Origin: a virus
Taxonomy: Duplodnaviria; Caudoviricetes
IMG/VR virus record: IMGVR_UViG_3300032312_001422
Location: 128,001-192,000 of that record
Strand: one strand, 5' to 3'
Length of the DNA: 64,000 nt
Made by a program: the position numbers and the translations under genes. Below, in pieces: positions 17,770 through 26,704 of this stretch (positions are counted from its first letter, which is position 1; each line of letters begins with the position of its first letter). A model generated the notes under the pieces. The model was not told the DNA's origin. It saw only the letters and a list, made by a program, of their open reading frames with translations, and ran no database searches.

Positions 17770-18447
17770 ATGAATACAGCAGTATATCGTAGTGCCGCTG
17801 GAATCAATGAAGCAATGGGTCGTGTGTATGGTCACATGAGTGTTGCTGTGATTATCAGTATGATTGTGAGTTATTTTGTAGGATCTAGTCCAGAGTTAGT
17901 TCAATTCTTTTTTACAGGCCTAACAAAATGGATTGTTATCTTTGCTCCGTTAGTGTGTATTTTAGCAATGACATTTGCGTCTGAACGGTTTAGTAAGGGT
18001 GGCCTACAATTATTCTTGTATGCGTTTAGTGCTCTTATGGGTCTGAGCTTTGCCACAATATTTGTCATCTACTCTATGGGCAGTATTGTCACAGCCTTTA
18101 TGGGTGGTGCTGTACTGTTTGGCACCATGAGCATTTATGGTTACTTTACCAAAAAAGATTTGACCAGTGTGGGATCATTTATGTTTGTGGGCTTGATTGC
18201 AATCGTTATTGCCAGCATTGTTAACATTTTTATTGGTAGCACAGTATTGCAAATGGTCATCAGTGCTATTGCTATCGTTGTGTTCTTAGGACTAACTGCA
18301 TACGATACACAAACTATTCGTCAAATAGTAACACGTGACAGCGACACTGGCCGCGAAGAAGTGTTAGGCGCACTTAGCCTATACCTAAACTTTATCAATA
18401 TTTTTATCAGCCTGTTGCAGTTGTTTGGTGGTCGTAATGATGACTGA
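17770..18447 (+). CDS. Bax inhibitor-1/YccA family membrane protein
   Basis: Multiple TM helices; GLTAYDTQ and ALSLYLNFINIF; AAGGAG SD. Confidence 0.92.
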   Translation: MNTAVYRSAAGINEAMGRVYGHMSVAVIISMIVSYFVGSSPELVQFFFTGLTKWIVIFAPLVCILAMTFASERFSKGGLQLFLYAFSALMGLSFATIFVIYSMGSIVTAFMGGAVLFGTMSIYGYFTKKDLTSVGSFMFVGLIAIVIASIVNIFIGSTVLQMVISAIAIVVFLGLTAYDTQTIRQIVTRDSDTGREEVLGALSLYLNFINIFISLLQLFGGRNDD

Positions 18448-18613
18448 TCCACGCTGTTGCGGTTCAGGCACTTGCATTATTAATGCAGAAGGCGAGTGCT
18501 GGTGCGGACAACGATGGGATGGTACTAAAATGTGCCAACCTTATTATATCAACGAATCCGGTATGAAGGTCAATGCCGTAACAGGAGATCTTATCCATGA
18601 CCAAAAAATTTAG
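18440..18613 (+). CDS. small Cys-rich protein
   Basis: MTDPRCCGSGTC...CWC...C; overlaps the previous stop. Confidence 0.55.
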   Translation: MTDPRCCGSGTCIINAEGECWCGQRWDGTKMCQPYYINESGMKVNAVTGDLIHDQKI

Positions 18614-18740
18614 AATTTGGCTAGCTCGTAAGATTTTAGGCAACCATTGTCCTTGCTATCAAATGGGCTATCACTCAATGGTAGATTTCCAACAGCGTAG
18701 TGCAGATGCTTTAGCCAAACACAAGGCAACAAAAGAATGA
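18597..18740 (+). CDS. 47-aa hypothetical protein
   Basis: Read from sequence (MTKKFRIWLARKILGNHCPC...); its stop overlaps ATG 18737. Confidence 0.55.
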   Translation: MTKKFRIWLARKILGNHCPCYQMGYHSMVDFQQRSADALAKHKATKE

Positions 18741-18940
18741 CAACCTTTACCACCGATGACATTGAAAGTTTAAAGACTGAATGGTTTCCATTTGATTTAG
18801 ATCCTGTCCACGAAGGCGAATACGAAGTAATGAGCTCTGCATGGCCGTGGGTGCATCGTGCAGGGTGGACCAAAAAAAACGGCTGGGGAGATTTACAAAT
18901 TGACCAATGGCGTGGATTAAAGGTACGGATTCCAGAATGA
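18737..18940 (+). CDS. hypothetical protein
   Basis: ATGA coupling at both ends. Confidence 0.7.
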   Translation: MTTFTTDDIESLKTEWFPFDLDPVHEGEYEVMSSAWPWVHRAGWTKKNGWGDLQIDQWRGLKVRIPE

Positions 18941-19914
18941 CTAGAAAAGTTGTAGTAACAGGTGGTTGTGGTTACATTGGTAGCCATGTAGCACGAGCAT
19001 TTAAACAGCAAGGCGATCATGTTACTATAATTGATCGAGTCCGACGTGATCACACACTTAAAGATATTGATGGACACTTTATCGGAGACTTTGTCAGTGA
19101 CGGAGCATTGAGTGTACTTATACACGCTGAACCTGATGTGATTGTGCATTGTGCTGGCACCAGCTTGGTAGGACCCAGCATGACCAACCCCGGCGAGTAT
19201 TGGGACAATAACGTGGTAAAGTTTATTAAATTATTAGATGTGGTTAAGAATTTACCCAAGCGACCACTGATCTTGTTCAGTTCAAGTGCCAGTGTGTATG
19301 GCGAACCTAACCGTTTACCAATTCCTGAAACACACAGGATAGACCCAATCAGCCCGTACGGCAATACCAAAGCCACTTGTGAACGCATATTAAAAGACTA
19401 TTACCTAGCTCATGCCGTTCCCAGTGTGTGTTTTAGATTCTTTAATGCTGCAGGTGCTGAGCCTTTTAATTATGACCTTGGCCAAGAACCCAACGCCACA
19501 CACATTGTGGCTCGAGTGCTAGAATCCATGTTGCGTAAAGAAGAATTTGGCCTAAATGGCACAGATTACAAAACACGTGATGGCACTTGTGTCAGAGACT
19601 ACATACACGTATGGGATCTAGCACAGGCACATATTATGGCTGCTGATCGAGCAGGAGAGGCCACCGGATGGGTTGGTGCTCAACAGATCAATCTTGGTAC
19701 CGGCGGTGGTATTAGCAATCAAGAAATTGTCGACTATGTCAAACAACATTACGATCCTGATTTCCGCACAGTTGTGAATTCACCCAGATTGGGAGATCCA
19801 GCTGAATTGGTAGCACAAGCGGATCGAGCCAATGAATGGTTAAATTGGACTGCTGAACACAGCGACATAAGTACTATTATAGACTCAGCTTATAAGTGGT
19901 ATACTCGGGTCTAA
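18937..19914 (+). CDS. galE: UDP-glucose 4-epimerase
   Basis: GGCGYIGSH, FSSSASVYG, YGNTK, RFFNAAGA, RDYIHV. Confidence 0.92.
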   Translation: MTRKVVVTGGCGYIGSHVARAFKQQGDHVTIIDRVRRDHTLKDIDGHFIGDFVSDGALSVLIHAEPDVIVHCAGTSLVGPSMTNPGEYWDNNVVKFIKLLDVVKNLPKRPLILFSSSASVYGEPNRLPIPETHRIDPISPYGNTKATCERILKDYYLAHAVPSVCFRFFNAAGAEPFNYDLGQEPNATHIVARVLESMLRKEEFGLNGTDYKTRDGTCVRDYIHVWDLAQAHIMAADRAGEATGWVGAQQINLGTGGGISNQEIVDYVKQHYDPDFRTVVNSPRLGDPAELVAQADRANEWLNWTAEHSDISTIIDSAYKWYTRV

Positions 19915-19930
19915 TCTCCCAAGGCCTACA

Positions 19931-20959
19931 ATGTATCAATACGCAGAACTTGTCCACTGGATGAGAAATCAAGACACCATGAAGATTCTGCCTGCACAGG
20001 TAGACATAGATCTAACCAATGTATGCAATCAAGATTGTTACTATTGCAACTCTGCCGACTTCCGTGCAGAAAAACCTGTGCAAAAGAAATACACAGAATA
20101 CATTGAGTTACTAGACAAGTTGGCTGGTTGGCGAGCACACACGCCTAACAGCTATGGCACAACACACACTATTACCTATCCCGGTGGTGGCGAACCCACT
20201 GTGTTGGTCAGTTACGAAAAGGTTATTGAGCATACTCTAGACCTAGGATTCCTGACCAGTTTAACCACAAATGGCAGTAACTTAGATAGCCTGCTGGATA
20301 CTGTTCATGTAGACAAGTTACGCAAGATGGCCTGGATTGGTATTGATATTGATGCAGGTACAGAACCTTTATATGAACAAATACGACGCAGTTTAACTGC
20401 TCGAAGTTTGTTTACCAAAGTATGCGACAATGCACGTGGCTTGATCGAAGCTGGCGTTAATGTGGACTTTAAGTGTTTGATTAATCCCTTAAATGACACA
20501 GAAGAAGCAATGAATGACCTGTTTCAGTTAGTTGCCGGCCTTGGCGGGCGTATGATATACTTCCGTCCTGTTATCATTGACAGTCAAGCATATCCCATCA
20601 CAGAGGCAACCATTGCTAGACTAGATCGATATAGCAAACTGTACAAACTACCTTACTGGGCCAATCAAAATAAAACATTGCCACGCAACTACAAGAAGTG
20701 TCACCAGATGTTTCACTTTCCTGTGTTTTGTGCTGATGGAAAAATTTATATCTGTTGTGAAGGCAAAGGCAATCCACAATTTGAATTGACCAATTGGGAC
20801 TCGGGTGACTTCCGCGATAGCTGGCTAAATGAACGTCATTATGACATATACAATAAAACCCGTGTGGAGTTTTGTGCTCCGTGCAGGCCAAATATCAGCA
20901 ACATACAAATACAAAACATTTTAGACAATCCCAAAAAAATAGAGACCTTATACCTATGA
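19931..20959 (+). CDS. radical SAM protein with C-terminal Twitch/SPASM domain
   Basis: CNQDCYYC, GGGEP; C-terminal KC...ADG..YICC...CAPC. Confidence 0.88.
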   Translation: MYQYAELVHWMRNQDTMKILPAQVDIDLTNVCNQDCYYCNSADFRAEKPVQKKYTEYIELLDKLAGWRAHTPNSYGTTHTITYPGGGEPTVLVSYEKVIEHTLDLGFLTSLTTNGSNLDSLLDTVHVDKLRKMAWIGIDIDAGTEPLYEQIRRSLTARSLFTKVCDNARGLIEAGVNVDFKCLINPLNDTEEAMNDLFQLVAGLGGRMIYFRPVIIDSQAYPITEATIARLDRYSKLYKLPYWANQNKTLPRNYKKCHQMFHFPVFCADGKIYICCEGKGNPQFELTNWDSGDFRDSWLNERHYDIYNKTRVEFCAPCRPNISNIQIQNILDNPKKIETLYL

Positions 20960-21318
20960 ATATCACATTTCCTGTTATTGAATTATTTGATCGCCTGGCC
21001 ATTGCTGACGTTAAGTTTAAACGCACTGGAGGTGCCAATGCTGAAGAACTGACTTGGTACATGAATCAAGCAATAGCATATGACATTGAAAAAATTGAAG
21101 ATCTATATACAAATCTTGTGGGCATACACAACGAAATATGGGAATTGGAATCACTGCTCAAAACAGGACGTGAGCAAGAATTAGGACTAGAAGAAATTGG
21201 CCGTCGTGCCATTGCCATTAGAGATCACAACAACAAACGTATTGCCATTAAAAATGCCATTGCTGAACGACTTGAATGCCTAGTACGTGAAATAAAACAA
21301 GATCACCTAAGCGAATAG
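20956..21318 (+). CDS. helical hypothetical protein
   Basis: ATGA-coupled start MNITFPVIELFDRL. Confidence 0.7.
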   Translation: MNITFPVIELFDRLAIADVKFKRTGGANAEELTWYMNQAIAYDIEKIEDLYTNLVGIHNEIWELESLLKTGREQELGLEEIGRRAIAIRDHNNKRIAIKNAIAERLECLVREIKQDHLSE

Positions 21319-22392
21319 TTTGTCAAGCATGGTTCTTGAAACCTTACCGGCGGCATTCTTAGGTACTTCGTCAACTTCTTTGAGCACAGTTGGATAACAG
21401 TATTGCCCCATAGACACTAATACTGTTTTAATTTGCGTTTTATTGTACGGGCCACTGTATACACATTTTACAGAGTCTGTGCCAAATACTGCCAGGTCTT
21501 TAAGATCAGGAAACACAGCATATAGTTTGTTTTCTAGGCTTAAAGGATCTAATTTGTAGCCGCGAACATTAATACGATCTACACTACGTCCTAGAATTCG
21601 AAAATAGCCTGCTTCATCTTGTTCGGCCAAATCTCCGGTGTCGAGCCAATCCGAATTAGCCACACTAGGACCTCGTATCAGTAGTTTACTTTGTTCAATA
21701 CGTGCTTCTACTCCATCAGGTAAACCCACTGTACCTATGCGTTGTTCTCCATCCAGCGGATTGGTCAAACAGTGACTACATGATTCTGTCATGCCAAAAC
21801 TTTCAACAATAGGCACACCAAACTGTTCTTTCATAGCAGAATACAGTTGCGGAGGTAAAGCAGAGCTAGCACTACGAACAAATCGTAAACTATCAAACCT
21901 TTGTTTCATCAGGGCTTTTAATATATCTGGAATACCAGTAATAAATGTAGGACTGTATTTGGATACTTCTTGTAATCGTCCAATGGGCAAAAATGTTGTT
22001 TCCATACCAATCATGCGACTCATCCAATACATCATTTGGCCGTGTGCATGCCATAGGCTCATTACACCAACATAACGATCATTGGCAGTAAGATTATAGG
22101 ATTTGATTATTTGACCACATACATAATTGACTTGCTGTTCGGTAAAACTGTAAAATTTACTATCGCCAGTTGTGCCTGAAGTATACCAGTAGACTTTTTC
22201 TCCAGGGTACTCAGCACCATCCCGCTCTTGTATGTTGTCGGCCGTGACCAATAGGCTCCAATCCGAATTGTTTAACAGGTATTGGTTTCGGTCAGCCGGC
22301 GCTGCAGGATTCAATACCATAATGCTATAATTTTTATCATATAGTGGTATGTAGTCCCAGGGGTTGGGTACACAAATGACAGCTCTTTTCAT
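21307..22392 (-). CDS. ANL-superfamily AMP-dependent acyl-CoA synthetase/ligase
   Basis: YTSGTTG, ESFGMTE, TGDL, GR..DRINVRG. Confidence 0.9.
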   Translation of the reverse strand: MKRAVICVPNPWDYIPLYDKNYSIMVLNPAAPADRNQYLLNNSDWSLLVTADNIQERDGAEYPGEKVYWYTSGTTGDSKFYSFTEQQVNYVCGQIIKSYNLTANDRYVGVMSLWHAHGQMMYWMSRMIGMETTFLPIGRLQEVSKYSPTFITGIPDILKALMKQRFDSLRFVRSASSALPPQLYSAMKEQFGVPIVESFGMTESCSHCLTNPLDGEQRIGTVGLPDGVEARIEQSKLLIRGPSVANSDWLDTGDLAEQDEAGYFRILGRSVDRINVRGYKLDPLSLENKLYAVFPDLKDLAVFGTDSVKCVYSGPYNKTQIKTVLVSMGQYCYPTVLKEVDEVPKNAAGKVSRTMLDKLFA

Positions 22393-22414
22393 TGGATTTT
22401 ATTAGTTGATATGG

Positions 22415-22422
22415 TATTTATA
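22415..22422 (-). promoter_or_regulatory. T4-late-type promoter TATAAATA
   Basis: Exact TATAAATA on the minus strand about 22 nt upstream of ATG 22392. Confidence 0.55.
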
Positions 22423-22448
22423 TTTCGATAAAAAATTATCAACACGTA

Positions 22449-22477
22449 TTGACTTGTAGATCTAAATACTGTATAAT
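22449..22477 (+). promoter_or_regulatory. sigma70-type promoter with nested CTAAATA
   Basis: TTGACT-17-TATAAT. Confidence 0.72.
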
Positions 22478-22489
22478 GTTAACATCAAA

Positions 22490-23410
22490 ATGAATAAACC
22501 TACACTTATAAATCTTAAAAATTTACCATACGGTGGTGCACAGTATGTACCCAGCAACGAACGAGAACAATTTGTTCGTCATAGTATCAAAGTATCAGCA
22601 GACAGCTTATGGTTACCACAGTTACAAGATGAATTTCTTGTTGCATATCGTCAATGGATTGGTGCTACCAAACTAAACACCATCGCAGGCCTAGACAAAT
22701 TTCCCGTATCAGCAGTTGCTCAAGGAACCACCGAAGCATTTGATAAATTTTATCTTAAAAATTCTGCTCGTCGTTTGAGATATTTCAAAGGTGAGTACAT
22801 GTATCATCAAGTGGCTGGAAGACAATACTTTGGAAGCGCCAGTACATTTATCGAAGATGAAGCACTGGACATTAATGATGCAGTGGTTGTCAGTTTGCCA
22901 TTCAGTGATACCGGCAATGAACATCCAAAAATGAAGGCCATGCTTGCGGAATGTACAAGATTGGGTATTCCAGTGTTGATGGATTGTGCATATTTTGGTA
23001 TTTGCAGTGGCATTGATTTTGATGTTGATCACGATTGTATCACAGACATAACCTTTAGTCTGAGCAAGACATTTCCAGTTCCCCATTTGCGTATTGGCAT
23101 GCGATTGACACGTGTCGATGATGATGACGCACTACTGGTCACAAACAAAACACAATATGTCAATCGGTTGAGCGTGGCAGTTGGGCTAGAACTCATACAA
23201 ATGTGGGACTGTGATACTATTCCCAATTTGTATTTGGAGACTCAAAAAGAATTTTGCAAAGCATTAGAAGTCGAACCAAGTAATTGTGTTATTTTTGGCA
23301 TAGACACTACTGAAAAATGGAAACAATACAATCGTGGTGGAGCAACCAATCGTTTATGTTTTGCCAAATACCTGCACGAAAAACAATTACCCATTGACTT
23401 CACAGTCTAA
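22490..23410 (+). CDS. fold-type I PLP-dependent enzyme (aminotransferase-like)
   Basis: LMDCAYF (PLP Asp) and FSLSKTF (PLP Lys). Confidence 0.68.
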   Translation: MNKPTLINLKNLPYGGAQYVPSNEREQFVRHSIKVSADSLWLPQLQDEFLVAYRQWIGATKLNTIAGLDKFPVSAVAQGTTEAFDKFYLKNSARRLRYFKGEYMYHQVAGRQYFGSASTFIEDEALDINDAVVVSLPFSDTGNEHPKMKAMLAECTRLGIPVLMDCAYFGICSGIDFDVDHDCITDITFSLSKTFPVPHLRIGMRLTRVDDDDALLVTNKTQYVNRLSVAVGLELIQMWDCDTIPNLYLETQKEFCKALEVEPSNCVIFGIDTTEKWKQYNRGGATNRLCFAKYLHEKQLPIDFTV

Positions 23411-23422
23411 ATATTATACAAT
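23394..23422 (+). promoter_or_regulatory. folE promoter, sigma70-type with nested CTAAATA
   Basis: TTGACT-17-TACAAT. Confidence 0.68.
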
Positions 23423-23459
23423 AATACAAAGTCATCCACGACACTAACTCGGAGAATAA

Positions 23460-24302
23460 ATGTCCAAAAATAAAGATAAAAACAAAGATAAAAATAAAAA
23501 TAAAGATCTACTATTTGATGCAATCAAAGCTACACAATACGTAAATGAAGCACCGTATCATCCCGGATACGAAGATGCTGTAATGCACATGAGCGATAAA
23601 GGTTACGAAGAAGGCAAGTATCTAGCCGATGCTATCCGATTTAATATGAAGCGTGATAAAAAACGTTTCTGGGCTGGTGACAACATCAGTGAATACTTGC
23701 ATGAAGGTGATAAAGAACGACTAATCGATGAAGCTACAGAAGCTTTTGAACGAGTGTTAGATACCTTGCTGATTGATCGTGAGAATGATCCTAACTCAAA
23801 AGGTACAGCACGTCGTTTGGCCAAGATGTATTTTAACGAAATTATGGAGGGCAGATATGCTCCAGCGCCAGATGCAACAGCTTTTCCAAATGATTCAGCG
23901 GATAGATACGAAGGTATGCTTGTGGTTCGTAGCGAACTGCGTTCTATGTGCAGTCACCATCATCAGCCTGTGTCTGGTGTTGCTTACATCGGAATCATTG
24001 CCGCAAATAAACTTATTGGCTTGTCTAAATATACTAGGATCGCTCAGTGGTGTGCTCGTCGTGGCACACTTCAAGAAGAACTATGTAACGACATCGCAAG
24101 AGAAATAATGCGGGCCACTGAATCAGAAAACGTGGGTGTGTATATCCAAGCGGTACACGGGTGCTGTGAGAATCGTGGCATTATGGCACACTCTAGTCTA
24201 ACGCAGACTACTGTGTTGCGTGGTAGTTTTCAAACAGACCCAGGAACCAAAAAAGAGTTCATGGACAATATTAAACTACAACAGGACTTTGCTCCTCGTT
24301 AA
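23460..24302 (+). CDS. folE: GTP cyclohydrolase I
   Basis: SMCSHHHQP, IGLSK, LQEE, HGCCENRG. Confidence 0.95.
   Translation: MSKNKDKNKDKNKNKDLLFDAIKATQYVNEAPYHPGYEDAVMHMSDKGYEEGKYLADAIRFNMKRDKKRFWAGDNISEYLHEGDKERLIDEATEAFERVLDTLLIDRENDPNSKGTARRLAKMYFNEIMEGRYAPAPDATAFPNDSADRYEGMLVVRSELRSMCSHHHQPVSGVAYIGIIAANKLIGLSKYTRIAQWCARRGTLQEELCNDIAREIMRATESENVGVYIQAVHGCCENRGIMAHSSLTQTTVLRGSFQTDPGTKKEFMDNIKLQQDFAPR
23466..23507 (+). repeat. short AAAAAYAAAGAT-type tandem repeat encoding KNKDKNKDKNKNKD
   Basis: Read directly at the folE 5' end. Confidence 0.7.
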
Positions 24303-24316
24303 GGAACATAACTACA

Positions 24317-24979
24317 ATGTTAGAAACCATATGTGAAGTATTAGAAGATGCGTACAAACGCAATTGGATTACCAGCCGTGATGGCAATGTGAGTATTCGT
24401 CATCACGACCGCGATCATTTCTACATCACTCCTAGTGGTGTGCGTAAACAGACACTACAACCTGATCAGTTTAAGAAAATTATAATTAAACCTCCAATGA
24501 CTTGGAACGAACCAGGCACAGGTTTATTAGCAGAACGTTGGGGGTGGAAAGAAGACACCTACACCGATATTAGTTCTAAACTACGACCCAGTGGAGAGAT
24601 TCCTTTGCATTTTGGTCTACAGAAACAGATGGGACAACACTTGGGAGAAGTCCGAGTAGTGGTACATGTGCATCCTACCTACTGCATTGCGGCCATGCAT
24701 GCCGGCATTGATTTGAGTACTGTGAGTGCGGCATTTCCAGAACTCAATCGATATACTCGGGTAGCACCCAATGTACCGGATGTTCCGCCAATCAGTCAAG
24801 AGCTTGCAGATAAATGTTTTGAAAAGCTAGGCCTAGATGATCAAGGTAACATTGCCTATGACATTGTGGGCATCAAAGGGCATGGAGTAGTTGCTATTGA
24901 TACAAGTCCGTGGCGTGCCTATGAGCACATAGAGCGATTAGAACACATTTGCAAGATTGTATTGGCCTCTAAAACATGA
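24317..24979 (+). CDS. class II aldolase/adducin family protein
   Basis: DGNVS, ITPSG, VVHVHPTY, KGHGVV. Confidence 0.88.
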   Translation: MLETICEVLEDAYKRNWITSRDGNVSIRHHDRDHFYITPSGVRKQTLQPDQFKKIIIKPPMTWNEPGTGLLAERWGWKEDTYTDISSKLRPSGEIPLHFGLQKQMGQHLGEVRVVVHVHPTYCIAAMHAGIDLSTVSAAFPELNRYTRVAPNVPDVPPISQELADKCFEKLGLDDQGNIAYDIVGIKGHGVVAIDTSPWRAYEHIERLEHICKIVLASKT

Positions 24980-25305
24980 TACCTAAAAGTTGGCGCATAG
25001 GATTTTTTAACTGGCTTGGTGCAGGCAAAATAACATTAACAGTAGATAAACCACAGGAATACTCAATGGGAAATACATACACAATAGGCGGTGGTGGAGC
25101 AGGGTTGGGCGGCCTTCAGCTTAATCCATCAACTCCACAAAGTAGTCAAACAATGACTGTCAAGATTACTCCAGCCAACGGTGGCACTATTGTTCAAATG
25201 CTAACTAGCGAATATAGCAACGGAGAGTTATATATTATTCCAGACGGAATAGACTTTGATAGGGAACTAGGTAAAATTATCACTATGAGCAAATTAAAAT
25301 CATGA
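24976..25305 (+). CDS. hypothetical protein
   Basis: ORF track; true start may be internal (MGNTYT). Confidence 0.6.
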   Translation: MIPKSWRIGFFNWLGAGKITLTVDKPQEYSMGNTYTIGGGGAGLGGLQLNPSTPQSSQTMTVKITPANGGTIVQMLTSEYSNGELYIIPDGIDFDRELGKIITMSKLKS

Positions 25306-25529
25306 TTACACAAAGCCTACAGGCTGTTATAACAGAAGTATCCGACCTATGGTCTTGGATGATTGGCATTGTTGCTGGTTGGGGTCTAACATTTACTCTT
25401 GTGGTCGCTGTACTGATATATGCACACATCAGAATTTCTAGATTGCAACGTAAGGTAACACAGCTTGAAAATCGTCATGTAACAGATGAGCGGGACCTTA
25501 GCTTACGTATAAGGAAGTTTGAAAAATGA
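25302..25529 (+). CDS. small membrane protein
   Basis: One TM helix; ATGA coupling. Confidence 0.65.
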   Translation: MITQSLQAVITEVSDLWSWMIGIVAGWGLTFTLVVAVLIYAHIRISRLQRKVTQLENRHVTDERDLSLRIRKFEK

Positions 25530-25615
25530 AATTAGGTGAACTAATCTCTATGGTTATTTTTGGAATTATCTTGGTTGCATTTATTTTTTATCAATATGGA
25601 CATCATGTAAAATGA
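25526..25615 (+). CDS. 29-aa hydrophobic microprotein
   Basis: MKLGELISMVIFGIILVAFIFYQYGHHVK; ATGA-coupled at both ends. Confidence 0.55.
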   Translation: MKLGELISMVIFGIILVAFIFYQYGHHVK

Positions 25616-26166
25616 GTAAAGTATATTACAAAGAATCAACAATTCGATCTTGGGTACACGATATTATCCGTGCTGTGAACGCAGATAATTGGCGCCCCGA
25701 TTATATTGTAGGTCTAACTCGCGGTGGACTAGTTCCTGCTGTGATGCTGAGTCATTACTTGGATGTACCAATGCATGCTCTTAAAGTAAGCCTACGTGAC
25801 GGCGATCATGGACCAGAAAGCAATGCATGGATGGCCGAAGATGCATTCGGTTGGATTGAAGGCGGGTATCGAGGGTTGGGTGGTGACGGTGCGTTTGATT
25901 TTACTATGCATGCTAAAAACATTCTTATAGTAGATGATATCAATGATACCGGCGCTACACTAAACTGGATTCGCAAAGATTGGCAAAGCAGTTGCTTACC
26001 CGATAACTCACGTTGGGAAAATGTATTTGGTAATAACGTTCGCTTTGCTGTATTAATCAATAACGAAGCCAGCGAGTTCACGGACGTGGACTATGTGGGC
26101 ATGTCAATAAACAAACTGGAAGAACCCATCTGGTGTGTTTTTCCTTGGGAAGAATGGTGGAGATAA
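25612..26166 (+). CDS. type I purine phosphoribosyltransferase (Gpt-like)
   Basis: GLTRGG; PRPP motif ILIVDDINDTGATL; FPWE. Confidence 0.88.
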   Translation: MSKVYYKESTIRSWVHDIIRAVNADNWRPDYIVGLTRGGLVPAVMLSHYLDVPMHALKVSLRDGDHGPESNAWMAEDAFGWIEGGYRGLGGDGAFDFTMHAKNILIVDDINDTGATLNWIRKDWQSSCLPDNSRWENVFGNNVRFAVLINNEASEFTDVDYVGMSINKLEEPIWCVFPWEEWWR

Positions 26167-26254
26167 ATAGTTATATCCCCAAAACAGCGGTCTTGGCGTC
26201 ATTCCCGCTTGATAAATTCTGCCGCCTATGCTATAATTAACATAGGAGAAATCA
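26162..26254 (+). promoter_or_regulatory. queD leader: late-type GATAAATA, pseudoknot-like RNA, SD-sequestering hairpin and overlapping sigma70 promoter
   Basis: AGCGG/CCGCT stem; loop GGCG complementary to CGCC; CCTATG/CATAGG; TTGATA-17-TATAAT at 26209-26237. Confidence 0.6.
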
Positions 26255-26704
26255 ATGGCAAAGTATTACTCAACAAAACATTACGGACACAACATTGGAT
26301 TGAGTGCTGTATTTAGACAGCCCAATGCCGATCATAGTCACTGTCACTTGCTACATGGCTACAGTCTAGCGTTTACATTCACATTTGGTTGTGATCAGCT
26401 AGACAACAAAAACTGGGCAGTGGACTTTGGCAGTCTCAAAGAACTAAAAGCCTGGCTAGAAGATCACTTTGATCACAAATTGGCTCTGGATCAACAAGAT
26501 CCGCACTTGTCCAAGTTCGAAGAATTACAAGCATTGGATCTGGTAGAGATCAGAATATTTGATGGTGTGGGTGCAGAGAAGTTTGCCGAGCATGCTTTCA
26601 ATTTTGCCGATCGATTGATTAGAGAAAAGACCGATGGTCGTTGCTATTGTGTCAGAGCAGAATGTGCCGAACACGGAGCCAATAGTGCAATCTACGAAGG
26701 TTAA
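26255..26704 (+). CDS. queD: 6-carboxytetrahydropterin synthase
   Basis: HCHLLHGY; VDFGSLK; FDHKL; AEKFA; EHGANSAIY. Confidence 0.9.
   Translation: MAKYYSTKHYGHNIGLSAVFRQPNADHSHCHLLHGYSLAFTFTFGCDQLDNKNWAVDFGSLKELKAWLEDHFDHKLALDQQDPHLSKFEELQALDLVEIRIFDGVGAEKFAEHAFNFADRLIREKTDGRCYCVRAECAEHGANSAIYEG

Noticed and set aside
23466-23507. folE KDKN repeat as a phase-variation switch
   Set aside because: The repeat units are multiples of 3, so slippage would not shift the frame.
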